A DNA stretch of 64,000 nucleotides from Tubiluchus corallicola (taxonomy: Eukaryota > Animalia > Priapulida), in assembly GCA_030141605.1 (NCBI GenBank), contig JAQGDQ010000282.1, forward strand, positions 124,001 to 188,000, read 5' to 3'. The notes under the pieces are model-generated. The model was not told where the DNA came from, did no database searches, and was given only the letters and a program-made list of their open reading frames with translations. Positions 14,501 to 27,100 of this stretch are shown here, piece by piece (the stretch's first letter is position 1; each line of letters opens with the position of its first letter). Made by a program: the position numbers and the translations under genes.

Positions 14501-15405
14501 CTGTCATATCATAATCATTAATAGTAACTGTGGATGTTTCCATAAGTTGTATATAACTGCATTTCCAAATAAATTATTTAAGAGACTTGCAGCTAGGTCT
14601 AACTGAAAAATTACACACTTTTTAAACTGTTGCTCTCTCTATATATTGACAAGAGTAAGGTACATTATTCATAAACAGAGTACATTTTCTTATAATTATG
14701 TATGATAGGATAATACACAGACAAGAGTCGTTGTGTAAAAATGAAACACGCGTGCGAAGGACAAGTGTCTACGTGTTAATTGATTTAAATTATTTTAAAA
14801 CCATTACTTACTAAATTACAAACTTGCGGCTATAGTTTTACCATTTATCAAGTATTACCAATAATTAAGAAAACAGGAACTCAACAGCTGGAACTCAACT
14901 CTCTGAAAAGTAAAGAATTGATTGAGTCAATAATCACCTGTGTGGCGATTGTTCTGTCGTACCAGGTTTTGTCGAACTCCCAGCCATCTTTGCACTTGGA
15001 TTTTGGCCAATATTTATTACCTTTAACTGGATTTCCTTTTTCTGTAATATCTCGTAGCACATCTGTATAAGCTATGTCATACATCTCGCAGTTGCTGTAC
15101 ACTAACTTCTTGTCCTTATATTCCTGTGGAATTGACAAGCTCTTTTTCTGCTCCAAGCTTAGAGTCGTGTTCTCAAGAGCTCTGACTCTGCACCAGTGAT
15201 CTGGCTGGGCAACCATAAAGATCTGGTTGAATGCCGGAAATGTTGTCACGACAATGGTCAGTGACATGAAGAAGGAAAGCAAATACTGGTATCTTCCACA
15301 ACCACCCAATTCTGGAATGACGTCTTCAAAGTCCAGCATTTTAGTGGCATCTTTCTGATTAAGAGTGACTTTTTCTTTCACAGCTGGGAGTGTTTCGTTA
15401 TTCAT
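890..15405 (-). CDS. SLC22 family (Orct/OCT/OAT-like) MFS transporter, 11 exons, 599 aa
   Basis: Exons read on the minus strand, all GT-AG and phase-consistent: 15405-14938, 14105-14002, 12997-12843, 12384-12216, 11144-11012, 10737-10640, 7950-7844, 7583-7473, 4859-4678, 4146-3980, 995-890; total 1800 nt. SLC22 motifs: DFEDVIPELGGCGRYQ, large Cys-containing loop (HWCR..C..C.DGWEFD), WELVC, GDRFGRR, PESPRWL, AEIVPTTLRS, LPET. Subfamily cannot be assigned by eye. Confidence 0.95.
2100..3250. repeat. Diverged tandem repeat, unit about 530-560 bp, 2+ copies, with a partial inverted copy near 1620-1730
   Basis: Anchor tggcttccgttcaca..tttaaaggaaa recurs at about 2110, 2637 and 3200. The block tactttact.gtttttt..ggataggt.gcgct..ttgtaggagta is at about 2269 and 2791, and its reverse complement at about 1665-1722. 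Confidence 0.75.
3308..3417. repeat. About 16-bp degenerate tandem repeat (actggcgaaaagatag), about 7 copies
   Basis: Directly visible repeated actggcgaaa units. Confidence 0.8.
4262..4388. repeat. Compound trinucleotide microsatellite (CAA/CAG/CAT)
   Basis: Directly visible; it explains the poly-L/poly-M ORF. Confidence 0.9.
5930..6840. repeat. Degenerate minisatellite, unit about 43 bp (36-43), core tactgcaaaagcacttgcagc, roughly 15-18 units
   Basis: Core recurs at 5959, 6002, 6046, 6171, 6207, 6243, 6286, 6328 and onward to about 6830, in SLC22 intron 8. Confidence 0.85.
8380..9260 (+). mobile_element. Decayed 3' fragment of a non-LTR retrotransposon
   Basis: Translates with stops to KSRISSHSLAIETNRH..IPVNERL..C..EIEDELHVLLHCSRYEQLR, a typical LINE ORF2 C-terminal Cys/His region, followed by a T-rich 3' UTR and AATAAA near 9248. 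Confidence 0.75.
11323..11552. repeat. (CAT)n microsatellite, imperfect
   Basis: Directly visible; source of the poly-D/S/I/H ORFs. Confidence 0.95.
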
Positions 15406-16387
15406 CTTTGTTGATTAATTAAACCGATCAATTTCACATTAGCTTTTCGAGTGAATCATATTCTTAAAGCCCATTGAATCTTTCGATAGTGCGAACTGGC
15501 CACCACGTGATTAAGTGTGATTAGAGGTACGCTCCATTATTTGGGGTCAGAGCTTAAGCTGATCCGAGTTCAACATTAAAATTTAACAATAGCAACTACT
15601 TCACTGTCTTAATTTTCACTTATTGGTTACTATAATTACTCGTAAGTCGAACGAACAGGTACACTTTATCACAGGTGACTACTCGATCAGCAGCTTATTT
15701 GGCTACTGGCCAACCCTCATACGACAGTTGAAATTCGCATAATATAAATGCCTCAAAGCTTTCAGAGCTATTGAAGCGAGAACACCCGACGAGGCGAGAA
15801 GGCAAAGCGATAAGAAATTGGTGGAATTTGTGCAACGAATATCCATTTACAAAAACAGTTGCCTTTGTTTCGAACAGTTAATTGTGACCAGCAACTTGGC
15901 TGAACTTTTTTGTGGCAAGTTATTCCACTGAAAAGTAAACTACTACACGGTAGCAAAACCACAGGCACAGAACCGGTAGGCAAGGTCACACCATGCATCA
16001 CAGTTGTAAATTCAGGTATAAGAATTGCAGCAAAATATTATTTTTTACTAGTGTTCTTTGTTACTAAAAAGTTACATACAATGTAAGCATAAAATTGGAT
16101 CACATTTACGTTAAAATTTGTATGCAACCAATTAACAAAAAACAGATAAAAGCAAGGATCGTTATTAGTAGGCCTACACTTTTAAACTAACACACTTAAA
16201 CACTAAACCGAAACTATATACAAATAAACGGAAAAATTACAAAAATTACAAAAATACGCACGAATACATAATGTACAATAAGAGCAAATTAAAAATGTAT
16301 ACAAAATTATTAATAAAACAAATTAAAATGTAATGTCAAAAAACATATATACAAGCATGCAATCAGAATCATACAATACATATATAC

Positions 16388-16826
16388 ACATACATACATA
16401 CATGCATACATGCATACATGCATACATGCATACATGCATACATGCATACATGCATACATACATACATACATACATACATACATACATACATACATACATA
16501 CATACATACATACATACATACATACATACATACATACATACATACATACATACATACATACATACATGCATACATGCATACATACATGCATACATACATA
16601 CATACATACATACATACATGCATACATACATACATACATACATACATACATACATACATACATACATACATACATACATACATACATACATACATACATA
16701 CATACATACATACATACATACATGCATACATACATACATACATACATACATACATACATACATACATACATACATACATACATACATACATACATACATA
16801 CATACATACATACATACATACATACA
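16388..16826. repeat. (CATA)n microsatellite with CATG variants, about 440 bp
   Basis: Directly visible. Confidence 0.98.
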
Positions 16827-17386
16827 CAATTATATACATACATATACAAGTTTAGAAGTAATATACCAATTGACAGCTACAAACAGGGGGATAGAAATGT
16901 GTTGGGGCAGGAGCATTTTGGGCACAGTAATAAGACAATATAATCTGTAAACCTTATAGTGGCGGCATGCCGCGGTTGGCCGTGATTCACTCTTCATAGC
17001 AAGTAATTAGTTACTGTTACAAAGGTCTTTATTTAAGAATAATTCGTTGTTCGTTACCGTTACAAGTTTCTGAAATTTGTCACATTTACTGTAATTATAT
17101 TTTTTAACTATACGTGTAATTTCTTGCAACCAGAGATTGAAAGAATTTAGGGACCGTGCAGAAACAGCCTCCAGAAAAAGTCAATTTGTGCAACTGATTG
17201 AGCGTTTTGGGAAAAATAAGGATACTATGAGATAGAACAGGAAACGGTCAACAAGGTGTGGACGTCTTTGCTAAGAGAGGTGCCCATTACACAAAACAGA
17301 AATGGTGTATTTGGAAGCCCTTTTTCAACCTCCAGTGCTGCACGCCATTTGGAACACCAATTGTCTTTGCCTTTCAGAAATCAATC

Positions 17387-17610
17387 AATCATCATCGTCA
17401 TCATCATCATCATCACCATCATCATCATTATCATCACCACCATCATCATCACTAGCATCATCGTCATCATCAGTGACACCACACTGTGTGAAGTGGTGGC
17501 TTTGGGTTGAGTGGTATGGTGTGTGAATGAGTGTAGTGTGGGGTTGTTGTGGTGGATGATGTAGTGTGATGTAGTTGGTGTAGCACGGTGGTATGAGCTG
17601 AGTGGTGTGG
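17387..17610. repeat. (CAT)n tract followed by a degenerate GT-rich (GTGTR-like) tract
   Basis: Directly visible. Confidence 0.85.
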
Positions 17611-17647
17611 ATTGCTGTGGCTGTAAATACATGCAAAATACTTTTAC

Positions 17648-17890
<243 letters not shown>

Positions 17891-18110
17891 ATCGGTAATG
17901 CCTAAGTCGGTAGAAATTAGTAATTTTCCAGCACTTCCAAAGAAAGGCAAAAACAAATGGAAAATTTGTCAATAGACGGTGCCACGTCTTTAATCACACT
18001 CTGTCGTAAATTTAATGCAGCAGAGTAAGCACGTCTTTGGAGACTGGACTGTTTTATAGAAATCTTTGCAGTTTTAGTTGATTTTATGATATAATGTGTA
18101 AAAAGTAAAA

Positions 18111-21100
18111 ATGCAAGTTTCTACACCAAATAGTGTTAAAATATACAATCTCAGCGCGGGAAAATCATTACCCGAAGTTAGTATTTTGTAGTATTGGATT
18201 GTCTTTTCTTGATGTTGAGTTTTAGATCTAAATTATTTTGTAAATAAACCGTGTCAAATTTTAACTGTCATTTCCATTCAGTAGGTACAAATATGGCTCA
18301 AAAAATTCCACCTGCAAACTCTTGTTACCTTACATACCTACGTAAATCCAACAATAAGTCACTTTTAAAAAAGTCTTTTTTCGCCCTAGCTTTGAAGAAA
18401 TAAGCACAGCACTACATAAACTAGACAAAAATAAGTCACAGAGTCCTGAAAATATCCCTGTTAAATTTTATTAGCTAGCTTGTCCTGTGATTACTCCTGC
18501 TCTAACATAATTAAGTAATATGGCCATTGCACAATGCAACTTCCCCAGCTGTTTAAAAATTGCTAAGGTTACACTTTCTATGGAAGTTTTGGTTTCGTTT
18601 AACTACGTTTCACTTAATGTCGCATTTTCCTGGAAGACATTAGCGTTGTTAAGCGAGGACTTACTGTAGTACATTGAAGATTACTTTTCTTATACTTTAG
18701 ATTTTGTGACATAGCTTTGTGATTGAGTTTTCTGATCTCAAAACATATGATTTTACTTGCCCACCTTTATCGTCCATCTTATTCCAATATTTATTTATAT
18801 TGATTAACATGCATTTGAATTTTACAATGGGTCTATAAAAACGTATTAATATTATTTTTTAATGATAAATTAATGATGACCTGTTTTTCGTATGCCAAGC
18901 CACCAAAACTAAATTCTGTAAATGAACAATATATAAAGGCAGTGTTTTTAGGACTCTTATAGTACACTGGCCTCACACATTTTCTTCTATAAAAATGGTT
19001 TATTGTTGGCCAATTTGTATTGCACTGCATGTGTGAAATTAATATGCCTTATATCTTATACGTCCAGTCGCTTTATAATTGTATTTTAGTTTTCATTTCA
19101 GGGCTCCATTTGCTTGTGAATGACTTCTAAATGCATGCTTAACACTAAGTAATAGTTGTATGAATAAGTGATTTTTTTATAGTTTAAGATTTCCATCAGT
19201 TTGGATTTGGTACACATGTTGGAATTGTAAGTATTTTATTTGTAAATGTATTATTCACTAGTGCCCTTGTCTAAGATAGTGATTGATTATTTTGCAGTGG
19301 CTGTCTGACAGAAAGAAAAGGCGACTTCAGCAGCAAGACAGTGGTCTGTAACTACTTGCCGTAACTCTTTTAATTCTTTTATCAGAAGTGGTGCTGACAA
19401 GCTACTGGCATAACAGTGTTTAGTGTTTTGCTATTAATTACTGTGTTTACTTGTCTTGAACGTTGATTTCTTTATTTTAGAAGTCTGCGAGCTTAGTTTC
19501 TGCAACAGGCATAATTGATGTTTGATGATAATGATAAATTATATTATTATTTTTATTAAAATTAGTGTGAATTTTTGCTAGTTTTGTGCTAAATTATGTT
19601 TTTGCCAATCCAAACCCGTGGGCTTACCAAATTCTCATTTTTTTGTCATTCCATGTAATTTTATGAACATGCCTATTTGATCAGAGCTGAGTTTTCAAAG
19701 TTGTGTTGAAGATGCTGATCCGAATATATTAGATTAATAAATTAATCCGTTATCCAAACATTTTGTGTATATGTACGCCTATACATTTTCCACTATACAT
19801 ATTTTAAATATCACTAGGCCTATAATAGTGGTCACCTTTAGAACTGTTTTATTATGCAAATTTAAGGTTTAAAGTTTGGTTAATGTACTGGGGTGCTGAA
19901 AAAATGAGAAGCAAACATGTTTGATAATTAATTAAACGAATTTTCTACATGTACCCGCTTTTTTGCGTAATCTGCATTTAACAGCAAATTCGACATTCAA
20001 ATCACTTTAAAAAAATTTCCAGACGTCACGTATTTGTGTATGTGACAGCTAGCATACTGGTAGTGGGCACGTATTTAGATTGCTATGCATACTGCTTATT
20101 TGATAAGTATGTTTACCCAATATTCTTCATAAAAAGTACTTAAGTATAGCAGTGGTGTTAATAAGAAGAAATTACTTTAACACATTTTTGGGGAAATGTC
20201 AAACTCGTGAACTTATTATTGTATAAGATATATTTCTATTTTGTCTAGTTTTTTCATTTTTAGCTTTTTTAAAATTGTTCATTTCTCAATGCATGTAAAC
20301 AGAGCAGTTTAAATCTAGCATGGACTCATAGTTATACACTCTAGTGACTACTTTTTCTGATTTGATGTTAGATGCTACTTTGACACTCTGAATAAGTTTA
20401 TTTCCTGCTGTAAACATGCAATTTTTTTATAAACATAGTTCGAAAATGATTGGCAGGAATGACAACGATATGCGAGCATTGCATAGGAACTAGTGCTGGT
20501 ATTAAGTCTATTGTTAGCATTATACTGGATAGTTTTTGAATTTGCAAGCTCTGGCAAACTTTTTGTTGCCCCAAATTATCCTTTGATGTGAACCATTGAA
20601 TTGGTAAAAGTATTTTTGCCATGTTCTTATGTGTTTGTAGCGTGGGTGAGAAATCAGGGGAGAATGTGGGAAATAAAAATGCTTAGAAGCAGTGCTATAA
20701 TTAGAGACTAGAGTCTTTAGTCATATCACTAGTAGCTACAAAATTGTAAAGGATAAAGTAAATTTTTGCCTTAAAATTTTTTTAACGTGAACTTATGCGA
20801 ATCTTTATTTTTGCAGATTTGCGGCGACGCATTGAACTGATTCAAGATTTTGAAATGCCTGCAGTTAGTGACTGCGTGCAAATAACCCCTGATGGCAATT
20901 ACATTCTTGCTACTGGTAATTATTAGTCACAATTAGAAAATGTTGTTTCATGTTTAAATTTCTGAAAGTTTTATTTTATCTTTAGTACAGCCTTAGTCTG
21001 CAGCACTGATTAGTAATTTTATAAAATCGTAATGAGGCTGACTTGTGTTCTTGTGTTTTTGCATGGTACTATCTTATTACTAGTAATTTTCATTAAGTAA

Positions 21101-24100
21101 TTTAATATCATATTATTTCCTATAAGCTTTAAAAATTAGTGACTCTGGATTTATGATCTGTTTTAATATATATATATTATTACAGTTAAGCACAATGATG
21201 ACCAGCATTAAGACGTAATAAATCATAAATTTATCATATATTTTCAATCCAGGAACATACAAGCCACGTGTTCGCTGCTATGACGTGTCTCAACTTTCGA
21301 TGAAATTTGAAAGATGTTTCGATGCCGAAGTTGTAAAATTCCATTTGCTTACGGACGATTACTCGAAGGTTACTTTTTTCATTTCTCGCTAATGTGCATT
21401 GTTATTTTCTTTAACCATATCACTATGGGAAAGACTGTTAAACTTTATACATGTAACAAATATCTGTGTGTTTGTGATTACTCAAAATATGCTTCCCAGT
21501 GTTTTAGTTAATACAGTGTTTTTAATATATCAGGACAGATGTTGCTTTTTTCGAAGTAGTGTTTCTACTTAATAAAAGATATTTGAGATCATCATAAGCA
21601 ATTTCTTTCTTATTTATTAAGTTTTATTGTTAAAGTAAGTGAAGTCAGATTTAGAATTTTAGACTTGGTAATTAAGATTTTGAGATGTGTTGTGGCATGT
21701 TTGCTGGTTAGACTATCAGAGACGAGATTGTCAATGGCTTTGATGTTGTAAATCATTTTCAAATTTCACTAGGCCTAGGTGATTTTTGTTAAGAAACACC
21801 GTTGTTAGTGTGCGAGTGATATGAGCTGTTATTGTAGCATTTTAACTGGCTGCTGTTATTTCAATTCCAGATAGTTTTCCTGCAGTGTGATCGCTTTGTG
21901 GAGTTTCACACGCAACATGGGAAGTACTACAGAACACGCATTCCTAAGTTTGGACGTGATTTTGCTTATCATTTCCCATCATGTGATTTGTACTTTGTGG
22001 GCGTTACGTAAGTTAGTTTTTGGGCAGTGTGAAAACCCTGTACATGCAGAACTAAATTGTATCAGAATTATTGTTTCATAGAAAGCTTTAGTTTGGAAAA
22101 TGCTTTCCAAGATTAAAGACTCTTTATTAGCAATTGGATTAAACTTATAAAAATGTGATGCTCATAACTTTTATTTTTTGTATGCAAGCAAGTAATTTTT
22201 TCGCTAGTGTTTTTTATCTCTGAATTGGAAATTATTAAAACCAGGCTTTCACGCAGTTCGGCTACTATCCAAATATAAGATTTCTATGTTTAACAGTTTC
22301 TAAATATGCTCCAAAGGTTCTCTAAATAGTTGAAACATGCGCAGGTGCTCGCCATTGTTGCCAAAAGGTTGCTATCTTAGGAGGCAAACTTTAAAATATT
22401 TAAAACTTGCAATACTTGCCACTTTGCCACAGATTTTCCAAACGGTTGTAAAGTTGTCTCAACAAAGTTGTCGGCAATTATTTATGACATTCGTCAACAA
22501 TTTCAAAATCTTCGAAAACTTGGCAGCGACTTTGCCACTATTTTTCAACATTTTGCTGACATTTTGAAGAACCTCAGTTGTCCGGCAGTTCTTTCTGAAC
22601 TTTCTGGAGAGAATTGCCGTATAGTCGCGTGAATGTTGTGCAACATTCGCCTTACCATGTAAGTGTCGCAGCAGACGTCTAACATATCATGTAATATTTT
22701 CGCAATTTTCGCCCAAGAAAAAAGCTCAAAATTCATAAAATGGCACAAAATTATTTAGAACTGTTCACGAATGATTTGAGACCTTGGTAACAAAACACAG
22801 TTGCCTGAATTTTTGGCGACTGTTGGACAAAAAATTTTCAGCCATCGCAAAAAAGTCGCGGTCCTGGCTTTAATTTTTAGAGTCTCATGACTTTCTAAGT
22901 CTGGGATGCTGTCATGCAGCATCCGTCATCTGCTCACAGTCCAAGTTTAAGACAGTTCATTCGATCCACTTGAAACAGCTTGAGATTTTGGTATTGGGTA
23001 ACTTTGGAACAAGATAATAGTAAAGGTCAAAGGTCAGTGAGCATATCCAATGCAAGGAATTAGAGAGGCCTGTCACTTACTGACAAGCCAGCATAAGCAA
23101 AAAGCATGTTACCCTTACAGAGTATCTAAGATGGACGATATAGTGGGAGAAATGGGGAAGGCAGGTGGATCCAAAACTCTAACAATTGCAATTATGGCAC
23201 TATAAAGGCAGGTTTTGTCCTGCAAAGTGTTATTGCAGATGTTATGTGACGTGTGACAACTTTGGGCAATGGCGTTCAATGATCTTGGGACTAAGGTAAC
23301 GGTTTTTGTCCAAATGTGGCCGAAAATGCCTGCTGTATAAAATTTGGACATGAAATCTGTTTGACCTTGTTTGACCAGGATGCATTGCTGAAAAATTAGT
23401 GCACTTTGCATACTCTTATTACAATGAGAATTTGTGAAGAAATTTGGCCAAACAGAATGATCTTGTGCTAAAATTCAAGAACCTCAAGGTGTGAGACATT
23501 GGAGTCAAGGGACTTACAGCATCATCAATGCTCTGGTAGTACCATGTATACTTGTATGTAAAGTCTACGTAGTTAAATAACACTGTTCTTTTCTTTCAGT
23601 GGTGAAATTTTTCGATTAAACCTGGAGCAGGGAAGATTTCTTAATTCTCTGAAAACAAATGCATCGTATGTATAAAAGCATGTTGCATTTTTATTATTTT
23701 ATTAATCTTTATTTATTGATTCTATTTCTAGTGTACTGTGTTTACTAGTTTTATGATAACTTTGTATGTTATTTTTTTTAAACTCACATGTCTAGAAAAG
23801 CACTTTGTTATGCAAACTCCTGTGGCAAATATCTTGTGAGACACTTCATTTTGGTTAAAACGTCATAGTTGCACTGATGTTAATCAATTTATGAAGGGTC
23901 ACCATTTCTTGTCTGTGCAGCAATTGTTCTGACATGTCATTAGTGTGATGCAGAATTTATTCTATGGAATCACATATTTAGTAAATAAAAATGTTGTTTG
24001 CTGTCATCATTTTCAATTGGTCATTTCCAAAACTTAATACTTTCTTTAATTTGTGCCCGATCTGTGCATAAATTTATGTTTGAAATTCGTTTTCAACTTT

Positions 24101-27100
24101 TTTTAGCGATCGTGCATATTTTTATATTATTTTCCTATTGAGATAATAATTAATTTATACTAAATATCATTCTTTAGTATTTCTCAGTGAATCATCGGAA
24201 AATTCTCACCACATATTATTTATTTTGCCTCCTGCTTCTCCAATAAATTTCTTTAGAATCCATTCCTTCCAAAACGTTGTATGGACATATAAACTAACAG
24301 ACTCACAATAAATATGAAATCAATTCGTGTCTTGGGTAATAAACATTTTTAGTTCTTGGTGCTTTATGTCACTAATAACCACAATCAAGCTGCCGGGCAC
24401 TATATGAAAGTGACTGTTATTAATCATGTTTAATAATCATGCAAACATTAGTTTTTAAACAGCATTGTTGTGTTTTAAAGTGGAGATTATTAAGTTTGTA
24501 TTCTATTGATCAGTGGTAAATTTGTTGATAATACTGAATGTTTTAAACTGAGTTAAAGAGTTGCATTTTTATTCTTTGCACTTATAATATTAAACATGTT
24601 TGTGAAGGTTGCTTTTCATTATTTTTAGGTCTAATAATGTGTGCACATTTAACCCTGTCCATCACTTATTCACTGTCGGCTCTAATGAAGTAAGTTTTGT
24701 AAAGATAGTTTTGGCTTTTATACTCAGTGTACAGGATAAGTTAGAAATAGTTTCTTTATTTAGTGTTTTAGTTAAGACTGGTCTTACTGGCAACTCGTAT
24801 TCCAGCTGGCAGAAAATTATTTAGTGCGTATAAAAGCGCTTATTTGAGCAACTAATGGCACCAAGGCTTAATAGTTTCACACTTGTCCATCATGTCCACT
24901 TATTTAATCACGATACAATGTGCACTGAAATACCTACTGCATGTAACAAGGTCTTTCTGTGTTCTGTTCCACAATGTATTGTAATTTTTATTAAACATTT
25001 TCTGGTATGTTGCTTCTATCTGTGTGCAAATGTGAATGTTTACAATCTTTACGAAAGTTGTTTACAGTGCAAAGATTAGCATGTTATGTTTGCATGTAAT
25101 TGTTTGTTGTATTGTCATGCGAGCTTTTAATTAGTTTTTATCGAGGGTAGTTTGACGATAATAATTTGTTTTTCAGGGAAAACTGGAATGCTGGGATCCT
25201 AGAAGTAGAGAAAGAGTTGGGATCATGGATTGTGCAATGAATGCTGCTATGACCAACTTAGAGTAAGTTGAGTATTCTAGTATCAGTATGGTGTGAAAAT
25301 AACAGCATAGCTTGAAAATTACTACACTGATGTTACAGACAAAACTAAACACCAAACATTTTAGATCATTCCCTTAGATATTTCCTAATATACAGACTTT
25401 TAAAGCAACAAATCAAAAAACATAAATGCCGGAAAATTTACAGTAAGTGTTCTGTTACTGTGTTTGTTATTGTTACTTTTACTCTGTTACTTGTTAAAAT
25501 GTGTCCACCATTTTCATTACAAATTAGACACAGGCATTTTTTCCAGCAGTTGACATAGCTTCTCTCTTCTTTTAGGGGCATTTGCGTTTTTTGCATTTAG
25601 TTACTTTGCATCAAACGGGTCCTTGCGGCCATCGAACACTATCTCTTGAAAGGAATTCCAGATACTGTAATATAGTTGATTAAGTCCAGTTTTTTCTTGG
25701 CAACAAGTCTTTATCAGTGCTTTATTTTCTGTGAAGTTTATGCTGTAAACTGGTTCATTTCTTGCTACCATCTTGTTTTTCAGTTGATTATTATAGCTGA
25801 CATTGTCCCGGCATTTAATTTTTTAACATGCAAAAGTTTTTCATTTATAATTTAAAACTACTAAAACTATAAACTTGTAACTTTCATAGCTAAACATTAA
25901 TGCTTCCTAATATCATGCTGTGAAATTTCTACAATGTAGGACATACGCGATATGACACAGCACAACCTTTCGATGTTTCAAACAATGACTTTCTTGTTTT
26001 GTGCAGGCAAACTAGCAGACTATGTTTTCATTAATTATTTCTCTGTTTAATTAATTGAGCAGAATCTTACCATATGTGAGAGTCATATTATTTTAACAGT
26101 GGTTATCTGTGTAGCATTTTATGTCGATTTTTTATGTTTTTGTGAATAGACTTTTATGTTTTTGCAGTGTAGAAGAGATTCCAGCAGTATCAGCTTTAAA
26201 ATATAAAGATGGTTTAACTCTTGCTGTTGGCACAGTAACTGGACAGGTGTTTGTTTGTTCTTATGTCTTCTACTTGTTTGTTGTATATACCTTGATCCTA
26301 ATTTTAGAAGTACATATTTTACTAGCTTTTGCGAACGACTTTTTTAATATGTAGTACAGTATTCAAAACCATTAGCATAAACCGTACGTTGATTTTACAG
26401 TGGGTGAGTAAGCCAATTAGAAATGCTTTTGTTTTTGTTGCAACTTTATTGTATGACAAGCAGCTACAAGCCTTGTGTATTAAGAAGCACCTACGTATGA
26501 TATGAGATCATCATCATCATATGCCCATTACATCTATTCTAGACACTTGACAGGCAGAATTCTAAAATAAAAGAAATCTGCCGTCAACACATGAAACAGT
26601 AGTAACCCAGCAAAAAAATAGACACTGCTGCGCCATAATCTACGGAGCTTTGATACTGATGTTTTAATGTAGCAAACAAAAAAATCAACAAAATCTGCAT
26701 TTGAAGCTTGCATCACATTTTTATTTCATGTGAAAATTGTACAGTTATGAATACGATTTTTTTGTTTTTGCATATTCCTAATTGGCAGCAATGTCTTTGG
26801 ACACTGCTTGAAAAATTTTAGCAGTTAAGTGTCGTACTCAAGAAACTTTTAGCTAGTAGTATCAGCAGCACTCATATTTTTTGTTTATTTCATGTAATGT
26901 TTAGTTATTTAGCCATCATGTCTGAAAAACGTTAGACCCCAGTTAAGCTAGTAATTCCACTAGTGTGCGTGTGGTGACGTATGTATGATTTATTCCTTTA
27001 TAATGTTTTGTAGAGCAGCCTTTAGCGATGTTACATTTAGCAACACTTCCTGCAAATTATGTTGATACTAATTTTTCTGTTTTACAGGTTTTGCTGTACG